From Octopus sinensis (Eukaryota), in NCBI RefSeq assembly GCF_006345805.1, contig NC_043002.1:44516001-44580000 (forward strand): DNA of 64,000 nucleotides. Direction: 5' to 3'. The notes beneath the pieces are model-generated. The model ran no database searches. It was given only the letters and a program-made list of their open reading frames with translations, and was not told where the DNA came from. How positions within the stretch are numbered: position 1 is the stretch's first letter; every line of letters starts with the position of its first letter. The position numbers and the translations under genes are program-made. Positions 1-13,451 of the stretch are shown piece after piece.

Positions 1-30
1 TCTATTGAAATTAGCTTTGTGGTCTTTTAG

Positions 31-161
31 GGTAATAAAGGTTTGGCGTGTGGGGAGGTATTCTATCCTATTACTAACTTTAAGGTTGTTAGCAATTCTT
101 CTTGCCTCCAAATTCAGTGATAGGATAGAATATCTCCCTCACACACCAAACCTTCATTACA
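31..161. repeat. Imperfect inverted repeat (arms ~31-76 and ~116-161)
   Basis: aaggtttggcgtgtggggaggtattctatcctattact is the near reverse complement of agtgataggatagaatatctccctcacacaccaaacctt. Confidence 0.7.
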
Positions 162-642
162 TGAAAGAAAATTGCCTGAGAACTTTCATCTAATTCTTCC
201 AAGTCTTTCTGTAAAAACTTAATTAACAGAGACATTTATTTACATGAAGGAGAATTATAGGAGAACTTTGATCTAATTCTCCCAAATCTTTCTGTTAAAA
301 TTGTATTGAAACCATATGTGGGGATTTTCTTTTTCATCACATAGTATAACAGCACAAAGAATAACAGAATGTACTGAAGAATGCCAGCACGCTAGCAGCA
401 TTACCACGGGCGATGGCGAGGATAAGGTGTTAAATCTACAACCTAGGAAATGCAACGAATATGTAAATCTGTGAAAAACTTGTAGTTCAAATATTCCATA
501 AACTTCAGAAACCGAAATTACAGGAAATTTCTTGGAACGTGAATTTATGAAAAAATTCCGGACAGTCGAGCCTTTAATATTTGCTTTCTATAAGCAAGTA
601 TTACATACCTAATTAATAAACAGCTTTCTCCAGTATAATATG

Positions 643-688
<46 letters not shown>

Positions 689-780
689 CACGAGAGTGGG
701 CTGAATATGATATATATATATATATACACGAGTGTGGGCTGAATATACTTATATTTATATATATACATACATAATAAAAT

Positions 781-1031
781 AATAAATGCGCCCTTTTAAA
801 GCCTAGCCAGGCACAGGAGCCCGGTTTCCCGGTTTCAATGGCGTATGTGTGCCCCAGCTGGACGGGACGCCAGTCCATCGCAGCGTTACTCATTTTTGCC
901 AGCTGAATGGACTGGTGCAACGTGAAATGAAGTGTTTTGTTCAAGAACACGAGTCGCCCGGTCCAGGAATCGAAACCAAAATCTTACGATCATGATGCTG
1001 ACACCCTAACCACTAAGCCACGCGCCTCCAC
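781..1031 (-). mobile_element. tRNA-derived SINE, family 3
   Basis: Minus strand starts GTGGAGGCGCGTGGCTTAGTGG (A box) and has GTTTCGATTCC (B box). Body contains gctgcgatggactggcgtcccgtccag. Confidence 0.8.
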
Positions 1032-1066
1032 ATATACATACATACATGCATACATACACACATGCG

Positions 1067-1096
<30 letters not shown>

Positions 1097-1098
<2 letters not shown>

Positions 1099-1123
1099 TA
1101 GATAGATAGATAGATAGATAGAT

Positions 1124-1188
<65 letters not shown>
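1097..1188. repeat. (GATA)n microsatellite
   Basis: Direct reading. Confidence 0.97.
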
Positions 1189-1189
<1 letters not shown>

Positions 1190-1887
1190 TTAGTATGTTT
1201 GAATGGGTGTATGTGATTTTAATTGTATATACAGACATATATATATATATATAAATATGAATGCATGTGTGCGTGTGTGGGGGGGATCTATGCGTTTCAT
1301 ACATACATACGTACATACATATATATATATATATATATATTCCGCCTCCTCTCACACCTATCCCACCTCCTAACCCCTATCTCTTGCTACCCCATCCCAT
1401 CCCATCTCACACCCATACCCCACCTCCAAAACTCCTAACCACTATCTATCTCTTATACGCACATGCACACGTGCACACACCACTTGAATAAGCACACATA
1501 ACTGATAAACATAAGCATTTGCACAGCCACGCACACACACACACACACATATTAGACTTATACACATACACACATCCATACACACTCATATCAATCCAGA
1601 CACATATACACACGTCTATATACACACACACAAACACAAAACGCTCGTCACTCCTCACACCGCATACAGTAGTTAACTTGTACACATACACACACAGGCC
1701 CATGCGTTACACGCACACATTAGCCTCACTCACGCGCGCACGCCCATACGCATAATCACTCATATACACACGTCCATACACAAATACACAAAGCACAACG
1801 CATACACTAGGTTACTTGTACATATTCACACACAAACCCATGCGTTTGCACGCACACATTCGTACACATCAATACGACACACACATA

Positions 1888-2105
1888 AATACCTATTTCT
1901 TTACTATCCACAGGGGGCTAAACACAGAGAGAACAAACAAGGACAGACAACGGATTAAGTCGATTATATCGACCCCAGTGCGTAAGTGGTACTTAATTTA
2001 TCAACCCCGAAAGGATGAAAGGCAAAGTCGACCTCGACGGAATTTGAACTCAGAACTTAACGGCAGACGAAATACGGCTACGCATTTCGCCCGGCATGCT
2101 AACGA
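1888..2105 (-). mobile_element. tRNA-derived SINE, family 1
   Basis: Shares the core gagttcaaattccg..gaggtcgactttgcctttcatcctttcggggtcgataaattaagtaccac with about 10 other copies in the window. Confidence 0.85.
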
Positions 2106-2167
2106 CGACACACACATAAATACCAGTATATGAAACGCATACCACTTCACATAATGTTATAAATATG

Positions 2168-2845
2168 CAGTAATCACTCGCCACATCGCGGATTTTTCTG
2201 GCTAATGTATGTAAATTTATACCGTGGACTCCTCAGTATTTTGCCGACTTCTGCGGCCGATAGCAGAAGCGTTAGCACACCGTGCGAAATGCTTTGCGGT
2301 ACTTCGTCTACTGTTACGTTGTAAGTTCAAATTCCACCGAGGTTGACTTTACCCTTCATCCTTTCGGGGTCGATAAATTAAGCACCAGTCACGCACTGGG
2401 GTCGATGTAATCGACATAATACCTATGTCTGTCCTTGTTTGTCCCCTCTATGTTTAGCCCCTTGTGGGTAATAAAGAAATAGGTATTTATATGTTTCTTT
2501 TTTTAGATTTTAATTATTTCTCTGGCAAAATAAGCCTAAAAAATAATGATTTAATAAATAAAATTACAGTACAGTGCTGTACTGTATAACACATTATTTA
2601 AAATAAATTAAATGAAAATGGGTAGTGTACCGTAGATGAGTAAACAAAGAATCGCACATACTGTATGGCGAACGAAACTCGGGAGGTGAGTGCGTGTTGT
2701 TTTCCATTTATAATAAAATAATTATATACAAATTATAAAAATAATTTTAGAAAATATACAGTACGGTATTATTTCTACTTCGTGGATTATCACCTATTGT
2801 GGCGGGTTCTGGAAAGTAATACTCGCGATAGTCGAGGTGTTACTG
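2168..2845. mobile_element. Tc1/pogo-type MITE with a nested SINE
   Basis: Left end CAGTAATCACTCGCCACATCGCG; right end reverse complement CAGTAACACCTCGACTATCGCG; TA on the right flank; no ORF. Confidence 0.65.
2262..2487 (+). mobile_element. SINE family 1, inserted in the MITE
   Basis: gcagaagcgttagcacaccgtgcgaaatgc...gttcaaattccaccgaggttgactttacc...ggggtcgataaattaag. Confidence 0.85.
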
Positions 2846-3029
2846 TATAAAGGTATGTTGATGCAAACAGGAAAAATAAAATCTCAAAATCTGAGTATAT
2901 GAAAACTTTAATTGATATTTAGCAGAATTAACAGAGTGGATCACGATCCGAGAATTCTGTGCGTTGGAGTTTGACAAGTACCGAGGAATGAAACTCTCGC
3001 CCTGAGTCACTGTGTTATTTCTGATATAT

Positions 3030-3405
3030 ACTCTTTTACTCTTTTACATGTTTCAGTCATTTGACTGCGGCCATGCTGGAGCACCGCCTTTAGTCGAGCA
3101 AATCGACGCCGGGACTATTCTGTAAGCCCAGTACTTATTCTATCAGTCTCTTTTGCCGAACCGCTAGGTGGCGGGGATGTAAACACACCAGCATCGATTG
3201 TCAAGCAATGCTAGGGGGACAAACACACACACACAAACACATACACATACATACATATACATATATATATACATATATACGACAGGCTTCTTTCAGTTTC
3301 CGTCTACAAAATCCACTCACAAGGCCCAAGATGCCACGCAGTGGGACTGAACCCGGAACCATGTGGTTGGTTAGCAAGCTACTTACCACACAGCCACTCC
3401 TGCGC
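3030..3405 (-). mobile_element. tRNA-derived SINE, family 2 (internal microsatellite)
   Basis: Reverse complement of the family-2 copy at 10378-10880, with an internal deletion. Confidence 0.85.
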
Positions 3406-3406
3406 C

Positions 3407-3469
<63 letters not shown>

Positions 3470-3999
3470 GTGTGTGTATGTGCATGAGTGTGTGTGTATG
3501 TGTATACAGTATATGTATGCATGTTCGTATGAGTCTGTTTATGAGAGAATGAGGTGAATATATGAAATAAATCGTATTATCAAATTGCTGAACGATCATA
3601 TTCCCGGCGATCTATTTTCATATTTAGAACATGTTATTAGGACATAGAATAAACATCTACAGATATTTCATAAATTAAAGGTTACCTTAAGTCATACTGA
3701 GCTGTTATTAATAAATTATATATATTTCATTGCAACTAGAGTAATTTTCCTATCAATAATAGCTTCAAAGCAATGAAATAAGCGTTTAGCTATATTACGG
3801 GCTTTCAACAAGTGTCAATATTAGTTTTCGAAAATTTTAAATATGAAGCTCGCCTGTTGATTTGTTGTAGTTGTTGGTTTTCGGTTTATGAGTTTATATG
3901 GAGAACTTGCTATAAAAATAATGTCATGCCTAAGTGATGCATAAGCCATACGCCTTCTCTTGTGCTCGCATCAATTTGAATGTATTATATGCCAAAGTG

Positions 4000-4600
<601 letters not shown>

Positions 4601-4659
4601 GAGTGTTTTCGAATATGATTGTGTTCTCGTATATATATTCTCTTATTCTTCTGTTCCTT

Positions 4660-4810
4660 TATTTGTTTCAGTCATTTGACTGCGGCTATGCTGGGGCAGC
4701 GTCTTAAAGGGGTTTTAGTCGAAGATGTTGACCCCAGGACTTATTTTTTGTAAGTCTAGCACTTATTGTATCGGTCTCGTTGGGGCAAACACGGACACAA
4801 GTACACACAC
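4660..4810 (-). mobile_element. SINE family 2, 3' fragment
   Basis: gtttcagtcatttgactgcggctatgctgggg matches the family-2 3' end. Confidence 0.7.
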
Positions 4811-4819
4811 ACAAATATG

Positions 4820-4875
<56 letters not shown>

Positions 4876-5189
4876 GGGGGAGAGAGAGAGGGGGGGAGAG
4901 AGAGAGAGAGGGGGAGGGTGGAGAGAGAGAGAGAGAGTAGTAAAAATACCGGGCGTGACCCGGGTTAAAGAGAATAATGGAATTTTAAATCACCGTCTAT
5001 ATTACGCAGGTCTCAACTGCTAGTAGCTGAGATACCATCTTTCTACATTTATAATTCTCCAGCCCATGACAGCATGGAACATAGACCTTTATTGGAATGT
5101 TAAAAGAAAGTTTTCAACTCATATATGTATATAGAGTAAATACGCGTAATTCAAAAACACGTTTTGTTTAGCTTATTTTGTAAACAAAA

Positions 5190-5352
5190 AACAGGTACAA
5201 TGACGAAATTAAGGTCAGTCAGGCGCCCTGACTCATACCACAAAATCCCAAAACCGCCATGGTGCATCACCGCGCGCATGACGAGGTCGATCGCTATAAG
5301 CAATACGAAAGGGGATAGAATACACCCTAGCTGTACACCGGTCTCAATGGCA
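5190..5352 (-). pseudogene. RTE-like reverse transcriptase fragment
   Basis: ETGVQLGCILSPFVLLIAIDLVMR...GILW...LTDLNF resembles the GVRQGCxLSP...DLDFADD motifs. Confidence 0.7.
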
Positions 5353-5398
5353 AAGTGTGTGTATGTGTGTATATATATATGTATGTATGTATACATAT

Positions 5399-5445
<47 letters not shown>

Positions 5446-5449
5446 CATA

Positions 5450-5730
5450 TTACTTTTTTCACTCATTGGATTGCTGCCATGCTGGAGCATCACGCTTAAG
5501 AAATTTTTGTCGAATGAATCGACCCCGGTACTAATTTTTTAAGCTAATTTATTCTATCGCTTTTTCTGGTCGAACCGCTAAGTTACGGGATCGTAAACAC
5601 ACCAAAACCCGTTATCAAGTGGTGGAGGGGACAAACACAGATACGAAGACAAACACACAAAGATATATATGTATCTATATCTGGGAGTGAACCAGGAACC
5701 ATGTCGTTGGGCAACAAGCTTTTAACCACG
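5450..5730 (-). mobile_element. SINE family 2, internally deleted
   Basis: ccatgctggagcatcacgc...gaaccgctaagttacggg...gaaccaggaaccatgtcgttggg. Confidence 0.7.
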
Positions 5731-5772
5731 CACACAACCCCCCACAACAACAACCCACCTCACTCACACACA

Positions 5773-5804
<32 letters not shown>

Positions 5805-5805
5805 G

Positions 5806-5839
<34 letters not shown>

Positions 5840-6100
5840 GGGATGGTATTATTAAAATACCATCACAAGTGGTAAGCGAATTATTACCCGTACAGGCAAA
5901 TTAATAACATATATACATACAATATTAGATATGTACATATATATACAAGGGTACTACATCAGTACCTATATCGCTAATGATAGAAGTCGAAAAATACTTC
6001 TGTACCACCGAAAAATCACAAATCTATTACAGGCAAGATAGGAAAAAGTATCAGTGAACAATGATAATGTCTTACCTCAAATGGGTCAGAACAAGTATAT

Positions 6101-6147
<47 letters not shown>

Positions 6148-6154
6148 TATATAT

Positions 6155-7143
6155 ATCAATAATAAAGTGACTATTTCTTATCAGGAACAAAATGTTTAAT
6201 AGGACTGCTATAGAAGTGCTCAAGTAAATGAGGCAAATATAATAAACTTTGGTTGTAGAACAAACAACAAATATAAGGTCATCCACCTAACATATCACAT
6301 CTCGAACATTTAATCACATGATGCTTTTTCTTACACATAGAACATAGATGCATAAAATCACAGAGGATGAAACATAATTCATTTAGACAAGCATATAAGA
6401 GAAATGTGTGAGTACAGTCTATCGCGATTAAAAATTAATAGTTAATACTTTAGCATCTAAAAAAATTTTTTAACATTATAACATCTAGAATAATAAATAT
6501 ATAAAAATATAAAAAAATAAGAAACCATGCAATGTTGCATCGGGTTTGTTTAAAGAGGTCTCGCCCTGGTATGTGATGTTTTTTAATTTTCCCCTGATGA
6601 AGGAGCAATTATCGTAATGCACCCTAGTGCATTTAATACGGTGATGAACCCCTAAAATGACCATAGGGAATGTAAATATGGTTTCTTCTTTTTTACTTGG
6701 ACACTGGCTTTTCATAATAGGTTTTTCCCTTATCTTAAAAAGTAATTTTTAATCGAAAAAATTTCTAATCGATGAACTTTTATCTTACCTTATATATTAT
6801 ATATTTCCTATATATATGTATTTTTATATTTTTATATATTTATGTATTTATATATTTTTTATATATTTATATATTTATTATTCTAGATGTTATAATGTTA
6901 TAAAAAAATTTTTTAGTCACTAAAGTATTAACTATTAATTTTTAATCGCGATAGTCTGTACTCACACATTTCTCTTATATGCTTGTCTAAATGAATTATC
7001 TTTCATCTTCTGTGATTTTATGCATCTATGCTCTATGTGTAAGTAAAAAGCAATATCTCATTAAATGTTCGAGATGTGATATGTTAAGTGGATGACCTTA
7101 TATTTGTATATTTGTTGTTTGTTCTACAACCAAAGTTTACTAT
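6155..7143 (-). mobile_element. Fold-back element with ~270-bp inverted arms, PLE-like architecture
   Basis: Arm 6240-6510 is the reverse complement of arm ~6860-7143. Unique terminal piece 6155-6240 begins aataataaag. (TA)n on both flanks. Confidence 0.6.
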
Positions 7144-7166
7144 ACATATGTATATATATTATATAT

Positions 7167-7238
<72 letters not shown>

Positions 7239-7385
7239 ATTATATATAGAGGGCATTATACATACATGTCAGAAGGCATTATACATACATGCCAAACGCT
7301 AAGAGGGACAATTAGTCATTTCTACCAAAAATATTACTAATCCCACCGAATGCAATTTTTCAAAGTAAGACATTTAAAAAAATAT

Positions 7386-7433
7386 AGACCTGTATCACAG
7401 TGATTTCATACTTACGTACTCATCAGCAGGCCT
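7386..7433 (-). ncRNA. Type I hammerhead ribozyme
   Basis: Minus strand aggcctg-CTGATGA-gtac-gtaa-gtat-GAAA-tcactgtga-TA-caggtct. 7-bp stem I, 4-bp stem II with GUAA loop, closed stem III, complete core. Confidence 0.8.
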
Positions 7434-7940
7434 GAATGTATTATAAATAAACAACGACCCTATATATATATATATATAAGTTTGTATACATGTGTATAAA
7501 TATACGCGTGCATGTATATATATTGACGAATATAAATATATGTACGGAAGGGTATTTTTATACTTATATGTATTTGTATATAACTGTACGTAAATATCTG
7601 TATAGTGCAGGGGTGCTTCCCAAACACATGGTTCTAGGTTCAGTCCCTCTGTGTGGTACCTGAGACGGAGATAGATAGAAAGATATAGGTGTGTGTGTGT
7701 GTGTGTGTGGTGTGTTTAGATGTGTATAAAATCAGAGAACAGCGATGAGGAAAATAGTATGACTTTCTATATTGACTCATGCTTATGATTTTTATAACTC
7801 TTAATTCCACCTTAAATCATTTATCGCTATGTATATGTCTTTGCTTTTATAAAAAAATGGCATTACTTCTATATCTAGTGTGCAGTTTCCTTATATGTAT
7901 ATATATATATATATTATATATATATATATATATTAATATA

Positions 7941-7981
<41 letters not shown>

Positions 7982-7983
<2 letters not shown>

Positions 7984-8349
7984 TAAAGGGTAAAATATAA
8001 TTAATTTTAAAAATCATAAATTTCACCTAGTAGCATTTCGGTGTGGAAAGGACCATATTCGGTAAAAATTTATATAATTATAATAAGGGTTTTTTTGCAA
8101 CAAGTTGCTTAAACCACATACCGAAAATATTAGAAATAGCAGTCAAAGGGTTGCTATTTCTATTACTACAAAAATAAGTCTGCACAAACAACAGTATTTG
8201 TAATTCATATATGGCAAAAGAAGAAGGAAAACAACGAAACCACACAGTCTACTGTATTTTTGTAGTAATAGAAATAGCAGCCCTTTGACTGCTATTTCTA
8301 ATATTTTCGGTATGTGGTTTAAGCAGCTTGTTGCAAAAAACCCCTATTA

Positions 8350-8356
<7 letters not shown>
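7982..8356 (-). mobile_element. Short PLE-like element with inverted arms (8073-8176 / 8255-8356)
   Basis: Near-perfect ~100-bp inverted repeat. Terminal part is homologous to the reverse complement of 47756-47857. (TA)n on both flanks. Confidence 0.7.
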
Positions 8357-8392
<36 letters not shown>

Positions 8393-8479
8393 GCGCGCAC
8401 ACACACATATATATGAGTGTGTGAGGGTGGAGACGTCTAACTTAGTGGTTAGAGTGTTATTGGAGGCTCAGCAAAGGAA

Positions 8480-8650
8480 AGAAAGTAGGAGGATTTAACG
8501 TTTCGAGTGGAGCACTTCGTCAGAAACATAGAAAAAGGAAAGGTCCAAGGAAGAGAAGACGGAGAAAGAAAATCGCCAACAATACACACGCGGTTACATA
8601 TTGGAATGACCGGAAGGAAACGGGTGAAGAAAAAGTTCTTTCAACGACAT
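8480..8650 (-). mobile_element. Penelope-like 3' fragment with a degenerate minimal hammerhead (8493-8527)
   Basis: Minus strand gttt-CTGACGA-agtgctccactc-GAAACGTT-aaat. Confidence 0.55.
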
Positions 8651-8999
8651 GAGAGTGCAAGAGAAGGAGGTATGTGTGTGTATGTGTGGGTATGTGCGTG
8701 CGCGCAAATCTGTGTGTGTGTGGTTGTGGCTGTTTATCTATGAGTGTGGTTTGGCTTAGTATAGTATATATATATAAAGAGAGAGAGAGAGAGAAGGAGG
8801 GAGAGAGAAATTTTATTAAGAGAAGTAAATGTAAAGGTAAACAAGTTAGGTTGATAAGCAAACAGTTTGAAGATCTTTGAGTTTATATAGCTGTTGGTAA
8901 ATAAATACGTTTCTAGAACGAATCATAATAATGCCACGTGGATAATTCAAATAGGTTGCCCATTATGCTCTTCAATAAGCAAATATATAGATAAATAAA

Positions 9000-9073
9000 T
9001 AAAGAAGGAAAGAAAGAAAGATAGAAAGAAAGAAAGAAAGAAAGAAAGAAGAAAGAAAGAAAGAAGAAAGAAA

Positions 9074-9126
<53 letters not shown>

Positions 9127-9147
9127 AAGAAGGAAGGAAAGAAAGAA
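9000..9147. repeat. (GAAA)n microsatellite
   Basis: Direct reading. Confidence 0.95.
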
Positions 9148-9289
9148 ATATACATACACATTCAGTATAACAAAAACAGAAGAACTGCAGCAACTTATCC
9201 TAAGACATACAGGAATAAAAGAGAGTGGGATTAAGTAGTATATATGTAGATAATTTCTAATATCGTAGCTGTACTGAAACGCCATCCAA

Positions 9290-9740
9290 TATTGGTTACA
9301 CATTTTGGCACAGGACCATTGATTTGGTGAAGGTAAGTTGAAAACATCGACAGCGGTGCTTAACTGGTACTGATATTTATTTTATCGACCCCTGAGCAAT
9401 GAAAGGCAAAGTCGACCCCAGCAGCATTTGAACTCAGAACGTAAAATCGGTTGAAGTGCTTCTGAGCATTTTACCAGGCGTGGTAAAGATTCTGCCAGAT
9501 CGCCGCCAAGTATCATCAAATATTGATTTCAAATTTCGACACAATGCCAGCAATTTCAGAAGATGTAGTAAACCGATTATATAGACCCCAGTGTATAACA
9601 GGTACTTATTTTATGGACCCTGAAAGTATGAAAGGTGAAGTTGACCACCGGAGGAATTTGAACTCAGAACGTAAAGATGGACGACATACTGCTAAGCATT
9701 TTACCCAGCGTGCTAACGATTCTGCTAGCTCGCCGCTTTA
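9290..9740 (-). mobile_element. Two tandem family-1 SINEs
   Basis: Two successive copies of gcatt/gaatttgaactcagaacgtaaa...ctaagcatttt..gctaacgattctgc. Confidence 0.75.
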
Positions 9741-10377
9741 GTGCCATCCTATACTGGCAGAGCGAGTGTAGCTTTTGAAAAACTACGGCGTAGAGTGGTG
9801 ACTGCCCAGGTATTCGCACTGTTACCAAAATTATCGTATACAATGCTGTTATTGTTCGACGGTTCCACTTCTTTTTCGTGATGCAAATATCCTGTTGATG
9901 TTGAAATTCTAATGAATGAGCCTTGGATCTAGGTTAGAAACCAACTCTTTCGTTATTGGCAACACGTCTTGATATAAAACTTAATAATAGCATATATAAA
10001 TACAAATATCCATACATATGCACAAATACATATTTATGCATAATTGATTTTAAAATAATTTTAATTGAATAATAATAATAATAATATATGTGTATGTGCC
10101 TTTATCTAACAATTTGATAATTTGTTGAGGATGCGATGGAAATACAGACTGTGTGATAGGCAGTCTAAAACAGAGAAAGTGAGAACGAGATGTAAGATAA
10201 GGTTACGAGTTCATTTCAGTCAGCACATTTGAAACTCGCTACTAAAACTAGCGAGTGTGGCTAGACTACATGTTTTACACTCATAAGTCTGGCTAGTTTC
10301 ACTGTCCATTATTGTTTTTCTAAGATTAGTCACCCCTTTCTCGCCAAAAGAAAGAACATTCACGTAGGCATTTATAG

Positions 10378-10880
<503 letters not shown>

Positions 10881-11318
10881 ATTCACAAGTTCGAACAGAG
10901 CTAAGATGTGTTTAATGTGTATAATAGCGTAAGAGTAAAAATTGTGAATGAATTAAAAGTAGCACTACACCGTGTTAGAATTAACAGTTAAGTGAATTAA
11001 AGTTAAGAGTCCGCGTTTACTTTTCCCGGGCACACAGAATCATGCAAATTAAGTCATACGACTTTAATCTATTTGCGTTTTTACAAACTATCACATAGTT
11101 AAAAGCTACTATTTTTTCTGTGCTCAAAAAATGAAATATCGAACACTCAATGCAGAAATAAACGCTGAAACGTTTCAGATTGATCACTTTTCCTAGTCAA
11201 CCTTTTTACCCTTGCGTAACCCTTAAAATAAATTGCATGTCTCAAGGAAACCCCCAAATTATATTCTATATCTTTCTCATATATTTTCATTGTAGTTTAC
11301 GTGGTAAATGACATATGA

Positions 11319-11381
<63 letters not shown>

Positions 11382-11896
11382 CGATCATGAAATTAGCAGT
11401 AGCTTATTTCACTCTTTCTCGCAAAACCCTAAGGAATCTTTCGCAGAACTCGGTTGTAAAACGTAGTTCTAAACAAAGAGTCCACTTTTCACATCAATTC
11501 TAAAAGTCTGAGCTTATATAAAAGGCAATTTAACTCATATCTCGATTTATCCTAACGAACCACAGTACTACTATTAATGACTATACGTCACCAGTTATTG
11601 TGCTGGTATGCAAGTTAAGAAAGCGAATTAGATTCTGGATTATTCAGTGCGCACTGTAAATAGATATAAAATTCTATTCTCCATGTGATCAGGAAATATG
11701 AAACTCTACGTTTGGAAAACTGATAATAAACGCTGAATTTAGTCAGGTAAATCCTGGTCACAGAGAGAAAATGTGTATGTAGCTTAAATACGCTGCCTAA
11801 TTGTCACAGCCGATGAAAGAGGCACACTTGTAATTTTACTTTACATTTTTATTTATTTGCAACGCTCTGTAATGGTAATATTGATATGCATATATA

Positions 11897-12185
11897 AGGC
11901 GGCGAGCTGGCAGAAACGTTAGCACACCGGGCGAAATCGTAGCCGTATTTCGTCTGCCGTTACGTTCTGAGTTCAAATTCTGCCGAGGACGACTTTGCCT
12001 TTCATCTTTTCGGGGTCGATAAATTAAGAACCAGTTTCGTACTGGGGTCGATAAATTAAGAACCAGTTGCGTACAGGGGTCGATAAATTAAGAACCAGTT
12101 GCGTACAGGGGTCGATAAAATAAGTACCAGTTGCGTACTGGGGCCGCAAAATTTCAGGGATTGTGCCTATAGTAGAAAGGATTAA
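11897..12185 (+). mobile_element. SINE family 1 with four internal 32-bp tandem units
   Basis: aaggcggcgagctggcagaaacgttagc head; gggg(t/c)cg recurs at 12012, 12044, 12076, 12108 and 12140. Confidence 0.9.
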
Positions 12186-13451
12186 TATGCATATACAGTT
12201 GCAAAAAAATCTAGTTGCTCTTGTATCTGATTTGTACAGAAAAATACGTTCGTAACCACAATCGAAGCTTTAAAAGTGAATTGACAAGTTAATTGTCCCT
12301 ATTAGTTCTGCCGTTCATATTCCTCGTTTGTCGTTTATATCGTCGTTTTGTCCAAATACTGGTTTCTAGTACTGGCACACTGACCTTGCTATATAGAGAA
12401 AGGTTTGTCACCGATTATATCGATACCAATAGGAAACTAGTACGTTACTTTTGCAATTACCGCAAGGGAGAATGTACAGATTGCCACAGTAAGATTTGAA
12501 TTAATGATGCAAAAAAACCGAAAATAGGTTTGCCAACCATTTCGTTTTATGTCGCTATCTGTTTTCCCAAACAACTACCCAAATAATAAAATTTACATCA
12601 AAATATTAGCATGGTTATTAATTAGAAGTCTCATCAGTTTCCATATACATATACACAAATACTCAATCGTCGGCCAAGAACTGTCGTTGCAAATTCAAGT
12701 GCAACCCAGAAAGAGTGACATCGAGTTACTAACAAAAAAAAGAGACTTTTGATTCCAATGTTGCCAACGAAATGCTGTTTCCACATGTCGAGCTACTGTA
12801 TAGAGACTCCTCCGTTCGCCCATCTTCACTCTTTCTTAAATGTGTAGTATATTATAGGTCCTCCGCAACCCCTTTAGAATCAACATAGCTTTCTGTTCCT
12901 AATTAGAGAAAGTAACATCGATTAAGTTATATATTGTTGATCGTTACTCAATAAGAAACCAGTCCTTCGTAGATTTCCTCAAAATACTCGATCAGGAGTG
13001 TGTGTGCATCAAAGAATTATTTATGGGTGTATTGCGACTGTATTCTGGTTTCCCACGCCAAAGACTGTTCCAATAATAGTTTCTGGAACTATCATATTAT
13101 CTAAATTCGCTCAACCGTATAACAACTTGGCAATTAACTTACCTGACTAACATTTCGAATATTATGAGGATTTATTGATTTATTCAATTACTTTGACACT
13201 CTTAAACGGCATATGTAGGTGTAATATTAAACATTCAGAATTCATGAAAGTAAAATTTGAATGAAATTCTTCCAACTAGTGAATAACTGGTATAGCCAAG
13301 AAGAAAAGTTTATGGTTCTTTGATTGAATATATTTACACCCACTCGACGCTATGAGACACAGAACCCCTGATAAACTCCCAAAACAGAAGGGTTTTTATG
13401 ACAAAACTCAATTTCCCACCTGAGTAATAGATACGTAATATTAAAGGCACA

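Noticed and set aside
374-470. CTGAAGA with a downstream GAAA
   Set aside because: Stem I and stem III cannot be paired
781-1031. tRNA gene
   Set aside because: A and B boxes are present but there is no complete cloverleaf, and it continues into a SINE body
6594-6680. CTGATGA and GTGATGA on the plus strand in the fold-back spacer as hammerheads
   Set aside because: No correctly placed GAAA or stem I, and the strand is opposite to the inferred element sense
12012-12143. Regular 32-bp repeats resembling a CRISPR array
   Set aside because: No unique spacers, no cas genes, eukaryotic context; the unit is part of a SINE
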